A program made the position numbers and the translations under genes. The notes beneath the pieces were generated by a model. That model made no database searches, had not been told where the DNA came from, and was given only the letters and a program-made list of their open reading frames with translations. 64,000 nt of DNA from Thermodesulfovibrionales bacterium (GTDB lineage Bacteria; Nitrospirota; Thermodesulfovibrionia; Thermodesulfovibrionales; SM23-35). The stretch spans positions 65,206 through 129,205 of the forward strand of contig JAVHLL010000002.1 in the NCBI GenBank assembly GCA_031082155.1, read 5' to 3'. Positions 17,012 through 24,385 of this stretch are shown here, in pieces. Every line of letters starts with the position of its first letter. The stretch's first letter is position 1.

Positions 17012-18058
17012 TTAACTTCTGTGTATAAAACACTGAGGATCTTCAGCAAGAAAGTCATTTTCTCCATGTGCTTTTGAAAAAGCATATGCTATGGCCCTGC
17101 AACCCCTGCAAAAAGCCCATCGGTTGCAGTCCCCGCATTTGCCCTGATACCTGCCCCTGTCCCGAATGGCTTCCAGCACACCGGATGTTGCCCAGACCTC
17201 TCTCAATGAGTCCCGTTTGATATTCCCGATAGGGATATGCAGCCTTCTGCAGGGGACAAGAGTGCCGTCAGGGAGGATCGTAAGACCTGAAAGACCGGCA
17301 GCGCACCCACCGGTTAAAAGGTCACGATTTTCAGTATCTCCGGATGTGCTGAGCTGTGAAGCAACGGGATCGCCGGTAACTATTTCGAGGCTACCTGTAT
17401 CTACAGAAAAGATTTTTCTGTAGAGGTCCAGAATATCATTGCTGCTCAACATATCTTTCAGCATCGCCTTTCCCTGGCCGGAGGGTACGAGCCGCGAAAA
17501 GCCAAGCCGGTGGACACCAAAATTTGAAGCAAGACCGATCAGGTCCATGAAATAGTTTGCATTAATACGTGACAGCGTGGTGTTGAGCGTAACTTTTAAG
17601 CCGGCATCAAGAAGATGTTTAATGCCCTTACGCGATCCTGAAAAACTTCCCTTTCCCCGAATCGATTCATGAACTGCTTCAGGGCCTTCAATGCTCACCT
17701 GCACTCCTTTTACTCCGAGATTGAACAGAACCTTAGCTGTTTTTTTGTCTACGAGAATACCATTGGTAAGCAGGAACACATCGAATCCGCGGTTGATGAT
17801 CTCCTCCAGGACCTCAAAAAGATCTTTGCGCAAAAAGGGTTCACCTCCGGTAACATTGAAACTCGTTGCATATTTTATGTCATAGGTTTCTTTCCATGCG
17901 GTAATCGTATCCGCTATTTCGCCTGTTATTTCTTCTATCTCACGGAGCGACATCTCATTTACTGTTTTCCCGGTCTGATAGCAATGTTTACAGCGGAGGT
18001 TACACCGTTCTGTGAGGTGAAGTTGGATAAAAAATTCAAAGGCGTTATTAATCGGCAT
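17012..18058 (-). CDS. radical SAM/SPASM domain peptide-maturase-like enzyme
   Basis: CNLRCKHCY (CxxxCxxC), GGEPFL, and a C-terminal Cys-rich SPASM region GGCAAG...CGDC...CRGCRAIAY...CF. Confidence 0.85.
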   Translation of the reverse strand: MPINNAFEFFIQLHLTERCNLRCKHCYQTGKTVNEMSLREIEEITGEIADTITAWKETYDIKYATSFNVTGGEPFLRKDLFEVLEEIINRGFDVFLLTNGILVDKKTAKVLFNLGVKGVQVSIEGPEAVHESIRGKGSFSGSRKGIKHLLDAGLKVTLNTTLSRINANYFMDLIGLASNFGVHRLGFSRLVPSGQGKAMLKDMLSSNDILDLYRKIFSVDTGSLEIVTGDPVASQLSTSGDTENRDLLTGGCAAGLSGLTILPDGTLVPCRRLHIPIGNIKRDSLREVWATSGVLEAIRDRGRYQGKCGDCNRWAFCRGCRAIAYAFSKAHGENDFLAEDPQCFIHRS

Positions 18059-18118
18059 AATCAGTTTTTTGAAGGATATATACTGTTCTCATCTCATGTC
18101 CGTGAATAATGTATGGCA

Positions 18119-18164
18119 GGACGGTATATCCAAATAATATACAGGTCCTGCCATACGTTTTTGA
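18119..18164 (-). other. long stem-loop between mini-ORF and radical SAM gene
   Basis: GTATGGCAGGAC / GTCCTGCCATAC is a perfect 12-bp stem, extended internally by GTATAT/ATATAC. It lies in the 128-nt gap between the two minus-strand genes. Confidence 0.6.
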
Positions 18165-18167
18165 ATT

Positions 18168-18186
18168 AGTTGCTTGACCAGCAACT
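18168..18186 (-). promoter_or_regulatory. SECIS-like hairpin (AGUUGCU-GGUCA-AGCAACU)
   Basis: Perfect 7-bp stem with a GGUC-containing apical loop, starting directly after the TAA of the mini-ORF. The loop begins 16 nt after the second in-frame UGA. Confidence 0.5.
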
Positions 18187-18306
18187 TTAGCTCTTTCAGG
18201 ACTTTCATTTGCGGCATACCTTGCCGGGAACTTCCATCGCCTTTTTCAGGCTATCCCACAAGGCAGCCTCTTTCATGAGAGATTTTTCACTTAAAGGTCT
18301 TTTCAC
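18187..18306 (-). CDS. candidate Sec-containing RiPP precursor (39 codons if both UGAs are read as Sec; 33 aa otherwise)
   Basis: GTG start 7 nt after AAGGAGGTGA. The product is MKRPLSEKSLMKEAALWDSLKKAMEVPGKVCRK-UGA-KS-UGA-KS-TAA (TGA at 18205-18207 and 18196-18198). It lies immediately upstream of the rSAM/SPASM gene on the same strand. Confidence 0.5.
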
Positions 18307-18724
18307 CCGTATCACCTCCTTTCATATTGAAATTTGCTATAGGTTATTTATTTTCCATTCTTTTTATCTATAAGTAAATATTAGCAGATTTATTTGACTT
18401 TTTCAGGCATCACAAAAAATCACAAAAAATAAAATAACATTGATACAGTGGACAGATATCTGGGGGGTTAGGATATGCCCTAAGCTTCTGTGCTGTTGTT
18501 ACGTTCCAATGGCAAAACAAAAAACTATCTCCTGAGGCAATATGCCTTTTCAGCAAGGCAGAATATCTGTGAATCCAAACGAGTCATGTACTTATTATCA
18601 ATAAAATTAATAGGCTATTCCCGTGCATTTGTTTTGCTGATTGGAGTTACAAGGAAAGAGCAAGTAATATAGGTGGTATAATTGAAAAAGTTCCAGAAAG
18701 GAATGAGGCAAGGAGGGGAGAAAC

Positions 18725-19034
18725 CATGAAAAGGTATGGCGTTGTTGTTATCGGGGCAGGTGATGTCGGCCTCGGGGTAGCGTTCAAGGTGTCGTCTTCC
18801 GACCTGAAGATAGCCCTTATCGATAAGGGAAATGTAGGGGGAACCCTTTATGGTTGCCGCAGGCAGGAAGTCTAATGCTGATATCCTGAAGGTTGAGAAT
18901 GCGGGTCTGGAAACGAATGAAAATGGATTTCAGCGCTGTACCCCATGCGGTATTTGTCTATCCGCGCCAAATCAATGCATATATTCCCAGCTCTTTCGGA
19001 TCTGATTCCAGAGGCGTTTAATAATCTGGAATAA
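18725..19034 (+). pseudogene. remnant of an FAD-dependent pyridine nucleotide-disulfide oxidoreductase
   Basis: MKRYGVVVIGAGDVGLGVAFK...IDKGNVGGT (the FAD GxGxxG N-terminus) jumps straight to ...AAGRKSNADILKVENAGLETNENGF and then, in another frame, to the C-terminal ...FPALSDLIPEAFNNLE*. It spans about 310 bp, whereas intact homologues of this family need well over 1 kb. Confidence 0.75.
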
Positions 19035-19110
19035 ACAAGTGCAAGGAAAGATAGATGTTTATTATTTTAATATTCAACAAAATTTATACTCACAATAAGG
19101 AGGACTAAAT

Positions 19111-19644
19111 TTGGGTAAATGGATAATTGATCCGGACCATACTGTTGCTGCTTTTTCCATCCGTCATATGATGGTCGCCCATGTTAGAGGACAGTTCAAT
19201 AAGATTAAAGGATTTATTGAAATGGACAGCGATAACAAAGAAATTATCGGGATAGAAGCTCACATTCAAGCTGACGGCATCTGGACCGGTATAAAAAAGC
19301 GCGATGATCACCTCAGAAGTCCTGACTTTTTCGATGTCGAGAAATACCCAGAGATTATCTTTAAAAGTTCGGCAGTCAAAGGAGATCTTGAAAAAGGTTT
19401 TTGCATAACCGGTGATTTGACCATCCGTGGTATTACCCGACCGGTAAGCTCTGAAGTTCGATTTGAAGGCCGTGTGAAAAGCCCATTTGGAGGAGAGATT
19501 ACAATCGGACTTTCAACAGTTATAGATATCAATCGGGAAGATTTTGGTATGCTCTGGAATGAACCTCTTGAAAATGGCGGATTTGTGGTGGGGAAGCAAG
19601 CCCATGTTTTTATTGATGCCGAAGCTGATTTGTCAAATGAATAA
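19111..19644 (+). CDS. YceI-like polyisoprenoid-binding family protein
   Basis: TTG start after AAGGAGGA. WIIDPDHTVAAFSIRHMMVAHVRGQF...DHLRSPDFFDVEKYPEIIFKS is the YceI signature. Confidence 0.8.
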   Translation: MGKWIIDPDHTVAAFSIRHMMVAHVRGQFNKIKGFIEMDSDNKEIIGIEAHIQADGIWTGIKKRDDHLRSPDFFDVEKYPEIIFKSSAVKGDLEKGFCITGDLTIRGITRPVSSEVRFEGRVKSPFGGEITIGLSTVIDINREDFGMLWNEPLENGGFVVGKQAHVFIDAEADLSNE

Positions 19645-20129
19645 GTATTTGAATGAATATAGGTAAGTTTAATTAATGATTTTGTCCAAGGTTTCTGTAG
19701 CTCTCATACCTGCACAATACTACTGGATCTCGCATGAATACAGGCGTCCTAAAAAGCAATGATTTCCAAAAATAGCATGCATGATCAGCAGGTTATAGAG
19801 AAATTAATATAACTGTGAGAATATATTTGGGATATCTCAACGCGGAAACCTTTGTTAGTGGCTGTACTATGCACTCGAAGGAAACTATTCTGCATGCGGA
19901 ATAGATGAAGTACTGTGTCCTGAGTATTTTTATTGGAAAGCAGTACATTTTTGACATATTACGCTTCAAAGTTCTATTTAAAATGATGAGATGGAACAGC
20001 TGAAAAAAATCAAATATCTGATTTTGGTTTTAGCGCTAAAATGTTTGACACCAATTGTTCAAGCTTCAGAACTTTTTACGCAGTATTCAGCGGACTAATA
20101 CGCAGGATGTATCAATCCTTGAGCACAGA

Positions 20130-20288
20130 AGGCTATTACTATGTAAGGTATGAGACAATCTCATTTCCAATGCTATCAGCTATACATTACGTAAAGAAGA
20201 GCGTAGAATTGAGATAGGAGTCCTGGCAAAAAGCGGTATGAACATCTATTACATCAAAGACAACGGGTTTGGATCCAATCCCAGGTAA
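20130..20288 (+). pseudogene. histidine-kinase HATPase_c fragment (relic)
   Basis: Translates to KV*DNLISNAISYTLRKEERRIEIGVLAKSGMNIYYIKDNGFGSNPR*. It parallels QVWANLISNAIKYTMPQEERRIEIGGRVERDMNVYYIKDTGVGFNPDY of the next gene, with an internal stop and truncation. Confidence 0.75.
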
Positions 20289-20320
20289 CTACAAAATGAA
20301 GTGTAAGTGGAAAGTTAACT

Positions 20321-23300
20321 ATGGCAACGCCTGAGAAAAAAGAACGAAGTTTTCTTATTCTCATTCTTCTTTTCCTCATCCTGTCGGCAGGCATCATTAC
20401 TACCGGCTACCTTTACTATCAGAATCATGAGAAACACTATCGTGCTGAGGTGGAGCGTCAGCTTTCAGCCATTGCGGAAATGAAAGTTGACGAGCTGGTG
20501 GGTTGGAGAAAAGAGCGGTTGGAGGATGCCGCCGTTTTTTACAAAAACTCCGCATTCTATATGCTCGTACGGCGTTATTTTAAAAATCCACAGGATGCAG
20601 AAGCAAAACAGCACCTGAAATCGTGGGTAGGCCATATTCAATCGGCTTATCAATATGACAAGATCTTTTTGCTCGATACCCACGGCGTTGTGCGGATGTC
20701 TGCCCCAGTTACACCGGAACAAGCCACTTCGTATCTTTTAGAACATGCTTCCAACGTTCTCAGCTCAGGGAAGGTGACTTTCCTGGATTTCCATCGAGAC
20801 ATGCCGGGCCAGCCTATCCATCTGTCGATTTTCGTCCCTGTTTTCAACAGCTATGAAAGCAGCGTGGCAACAGGAATTCTTGTGCTCAGGATCGATCCCC
20901 GGAAATATCTCTATCCCTTTATCATGAACTGGCCCACGCCCAGCCGTACCGCCGAAACACTGCTTATCCGACGGGAAGGAAATGACGCACTGTTTTTGAA
21001 TGAATTACGGTTTCGTAAAAATACAGCCTTGAATCTGCGTGTCCCGCTTGAAAATATACACATACCTGCTGTGAGAGTGGCTTTAGGACAGGAAGGGATT
21101 ATCGAAGGAATTGATTATAGGGGTGTTCCCGTGATTGCCGATATACGATCTGTGCCGAATTCACCGTGGTTTCTGGTTGCCAAAATGGATATCTCGGAAG
21201 TTTACACCCCTCTCAGAGAGAGCCTCTGGGGAATAGTAATTCTCACCGGCGCTCTTCTTATCTGTGCGGGAACAGGCACCGGTTTCGTATGGAAACATCA
21301 GCGCACACGATACTATCGGGAGAAGTATGAGGCGGCTGAAGCACTGATAGAGAGTGAGAAGCGGTATCGAACGTTAATCGAAAATGCCCACGACATGATT
21401 CAAAGCGTTGCTCAGGATGGACATTTCAATTTTGTAAACTCGGCATGGTTAAAGATTATGGGCTATACATCGGATGAGCTTAAGGACATTACCATTTTTG
21501 ATATTTTACACCAAAGCTGTACTTCCCATTGCATGGAAGCCTTCAAGAAGGTGATGTCCGGAGAATCATTACATAATATAGAAGCGGTATTCGTTTCAAA
21601 AGACAGGAAAAGTATTGATGTGCAGGGCAATGTTACGCCGCGTTTTATAGATGGAGAGATAGTAGGCTCACAAGGGATATTCCGTGATATTACCGAGCGG
21701 AATCGCGCAGATGAAGCGATACGGAAAAGCGAGGAAAAGTACCGGAGTATTTTCGAAAATATTCAGGATGTTTATTATGAAACAGCGTTAGACGGAACTA
21801 TACTGGAAGTCAGTCCCTCAATCGAGAAAGTTTCAGGAGGACAATATCAGCGGGAATATTTAATCGGGAAGTCAATGCTTGATTTTTATGCAACTCCGCA
21901 GGATAGAGACACCCTTCTGATGAATTTACAGAAACATGGAAGTGTGAGTGATATGGAAATTACCTTCAAAAACCGTGACGGCTCCCTGATACCGTGTTCC
22001 ATTTCTGCAATGATGCAATATGATACCGATGGAAAGCCGACAAAACTTGTTGGAAGCCTGCGCGATATCACGGAACGCAAACAGGCCGGGGAGGCACTGC
22101 GAGAAAACGAAAGGAGACTAAGAGAAGCGCAGGAAATGGCTCACTTGGGTTACTGGCGGTGGGATGTGAGGACAGGCGACGTTGAATGGTCGAAGGAAGT
22201 ATTTAAGATCTTTCACCTTGACCCGAATAGATTCACTCCCCAGATCGATTCAATTCTCGCATTATCGCCGTGGCCAGAAGATCATGAGCGCGACAAGGAA
22301 TTGATCAGGAGGGCTATGGAAAATCATGACATGGGCGTTTATGAACAGCGGTTTCTTCGCCCGGATGGAAGCATCGGATACTACCACTCGACTTTCCAGG
22401 GTAACTACGATGACAGGGACAATCTTATTTTTATTGTCGGGACGGTGATGGACATTACCGAGCGCAAGCTGGCAGAGGAGGCCTTGCGGTATGCTCACAA
22501 TCGTCTCCGGCGTTTTGTGGATGCCAATATCGTCGGCGTAGTTATCGCCACTCCGTCAGGGGGCGTCATCGAGGCCAATGATTATTATCTGCGTATGATA
22601 GGTTATACGCGCGAGGAGTTCGAACAAGGCATGGTTGATTGGCGGGCCATCACACCTCCCGAATGGCTCCGTGTTGATGAGCATGCAATCGAGGAACTAC
22701 GCGAACGGGGAACATGCATACCGTACGAGAAGGAATATGTCCGGCGGGACGGAACCCGGGTCTCGGTCTTCCTGTCCGATACCATGCTGCCGGGTACTGA
22801 AGAACAAATTGCTGCATTCGTGCTCGACATTACCGAACGCAAGAAAGCAGAAGAGGAACTTAAACGCAATGAATCACGCATGATAGTCCTCCTTGAACTT
22901 AATAAAATGATGAATTCCGATATTCAGGATATTACAAGTTTTGTTCTTGAGGAAGCTATCCATTTGACAGAGAGCAAAATAGGATATCTTGCATTCCTGG
23001 ATGAAGGTGAAAAAGCTTTAACAATGTATGCATGGTCTAAAACAGCTATGCAAGAATGCCAGATTTCCGATAAACCTATAATCTATTCCGTTGAAACAAC
23101 CGGTCTCTGGGGAGAAGCAGTACGGCAAAGAAGGCCGATTATTACCAATGATTACCAAATGCCGAATCCATGGAAAAAAGGGTATCCGGAAGGGCATGTT
23201 CCTATCACAAGGCATATGAACGTTCCCGTCTTTGATGGGGAGCGGATTGTGCTGGTAGCGGGAGTAGGAAACAAGACAGAACACTACAACGAGTCAGATG

Positions 23301-24136
23301 TGAATCAACTTACCCTCCTGATGGAAGGAATGTGGAAAATCATTCAGCGCCAGCGGACTGAAGAAGAAATACGGAATCTCAATGAAAAGCTTGAACAAAG
23401 AGTCATTGAACGTACCGCTCAGCTTGAGGCCGCCAACAAGGAACTTGAGTCCTTTGCTTATTCCGTCTCCCATGACCTGCGTGCACCGCTCCGTGTTATT
23501 GAGGGCTACTGTCGATTTGTTCTGGAAGATTATGCGGAAAAGCTTGATGATGAAGGTAACCGGCTTCTGAATATCATACGGACAAACACACAGAAGATGG
23601 ACCAGTTGATTACCGATATTCTTGGTATCTCACGGGTAAGCCGGACAGAATTGAAATTATTCCGTATCGATATGCCCACGCTTGTCAATTCCGTATATCA
23701 TGAATTAGCTTCACCCGAAATTCAGGAGAAATTTGTTTTTTCCGTATCTGCGTTACCTGACGCCTATGGTGATCCCACGTTAATCCGTCAGGTATGGGCC
23801 AATCTCATTTCAAATGCCATTAAATATACGATGCCACAAGAAGAACGTAGAATTGAGATAGGAGGCCGAGTGGAAAGAGATATGAATGTTTATTACATAA
23901 AAGACACAGGGGTTGGCTTCAATCCTGATTATACGTATAAACTTTTTGGTCTTTTCAAGCGGCTGCACAAAGACGAGGAGTTCGAAGGGACAGGGGTAGG
24001 GCTTGCAATCGTGCAACGAATCATCCACCGCCATGGCGGGAAAGTGTGGGCCGAAGGGAAAGTGAATGAAGGCGCGACATTTTGGTTTTCGATACCGGAA
24101 ACAGCAGGCACAAGGCAAGAATCATTAGGCATATAG
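20321..24136 (+). CDS. membrane multi-sensor histidine kinase (extracytoplasmic sensor, PAS x4-5, GAF, HisKA, HATPase_c)
   Basis: 1271 aa. Two TM helices flank a ~270-aa loop. It has repeated PAS modules ending ...DITERK, a GAF region, H-box FAYSVSHDLRAPL, N-box NLISNAIKYT and G-boxes DTGVGF/GTGVGLAIV. Confidence 0.9.
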   Translation: MATPEKKERSFLILILLFLILSAGIITTGYLYYQNHEKHYRAEVERQLSAIAEMKVDELVGWRKERLEDAAVFYKNSAFYMLVRRYFKNPQDAEAKQHLKSWVGHIQSAYQYDKIFLLDTHGVVRMSAPVTPEQATSYLLEHASNVLSSGKVTFLDFHRDMPGQPIHLSIFVPVFNSYESSVATGILVLRIDPRKYLYPFIMNWPTPSRTAETLLIRREGNDALFLNELRFRKNTALNLRVPLENIHIPAVRVALGQEGIIEGIDYRGVPVIADIRSVPNSPWFLVAKMDISEVYTPLRESLWGIVILTGALLICAGTGTGFVWKHQRTRYYREKYEAAEALIESEKRYRTLIENAHDMIQSVAQDGHFNFVNSAWLKIMGYTSDELKDITIFDILHQSCTSHCMEAFKKVMSGESLHNIEAVFVSKDRKSIDVQGNVTPRFIDGEIVGSQGIFRDITERNRADEAIRKSEEKYRSIFENIQDVYYETALDGTILEVSPSIEKVSGGQYQREYLIGKSMLDFYATPQDRDTLLMNLQKHGSVSDMEITFKNRDGSLIPCSISAMMQYDTDGKPTKLVGSLRDITERKQAGEALRENERRLREAQEMAHLGYWRWDVRTGDVEWSKEVFKIFHLDPNRFTPQIDSILALSPWPEDHERDKELIRRAMENHDMGVYEQRFLRPDGSIGYYHSTFQGNYDDRDNLIFIVGTVMDITERKLAEEALRYAHNRLRRFVDANIVGVVIATPSGGVIEANDYYLRMIGYTREEFEQGMVDWRAITPPEWLRVDEHAIEELRERGTCIPYEKEYVRRDGTRVSVFLSDTMLPGTEEQIAAFVLDITERKKAEEELKRNESRMIVLLELNKMMNSDIQDITSFVLEEAIHLTESKIGYLAFLDEGEKALTMYAWSKTAMQECQISDKPIIYSVETTGLWGEAVRQRRPIITNDYQMPNPWKKGYPEGHVPITRHMNVPVFDGERIVLVAGVGNKTEHYNESDVNQLTLLMEGMWKIIQRQRTEEEIRNLNEKLEQRVIERTAQLEAANKELESFAYSVSHDLRAPLRVIEGYCRFVLEDYAEKLDDEGNRLLNIIRTNTQKMDQLITDILGISRVSRTELKLFRIDMPTLVNSVYHELASPEIQEKFVFSVSALPDAYGDPTLIRQVWANLISNAIKYTMPQEERRIEIGGRVERDMNVYYIKDTGVGFNPDYTYKLFGLFKRLHKDEEFEGTGVGLAIVQRIIHRHGGKVWAEGKVNEGATFWFSIPETAGTRQESLGI

Positions 24137-24385
24137 GTATAAGTGGACAGGTACAAGGCAATAACTGAAAATACATAGTTATAAGGATTCAATTGATTGG
24201 AAGAGGGATATGGACTTGTTTAAAGTAATCTATGGAATATCGGAGATCAACAAAATGATCACATCATTGCCAATAAGATGGCTGTGGTCACTGATGGCGA
24301 GGAAGCACTCGCTTTCCTATTTGCACGTAGGGCTTACGGCGAGAGAAGGATTGAGAGCGGTCAGGTAAAAGTTTGGAGGAGTATA

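Noticed and set aside
17669-18109. 146-aa plus-strand ORF overlapping the 5' half of the radical SAM gene.
   Set aside because: It is antisense to the CxxxCxxC-bearing region of a well-supported gene and has no motifs of its own.
18187-18207. Alternative reading of the mini-ORF end: the first TGA is a true stop and the hairpin at 18168-18186 is a plain terminator.
   Set aside because: This is not fully rejected and is kept as the null hypothesis. I consider it less likely for four reasons. The hairpin lacks a 3' U-tract on the transcribed strand. Its loop and stem resemble the fdhF SECIS. Two TGA codons in frame are followed by a TAA. The maturase gene lies downstream and needs readthrough transcription.
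18408-18430. Direct repeat ATCACAAAAAA x2, considered as a CRISPR or iteron signal.
   Set aside because: There are only two short A-rich copies with no spacers. It could be a promoter-region UP-like element, but there is not enough evidence to call it.
18490-18672. 60-aa plus-strand ORF in the gap between the rSAM locus and the oxidoreductase relic.
   Set aside because: It has no RBS and an odd composition, and it sits in a region of evident gene decay.
24278-24385. ORF-track start MAVVTDGEEALAFLF... for the REC-PAS-GGDEF-EAL gene.
   Set aside because: This stretch is a mid-receiver-domain fragment, a relic of another REC. A complete REC with its own GGAGGAG RBS starts at 24386. I treated it as a relic fused in frame by chance.
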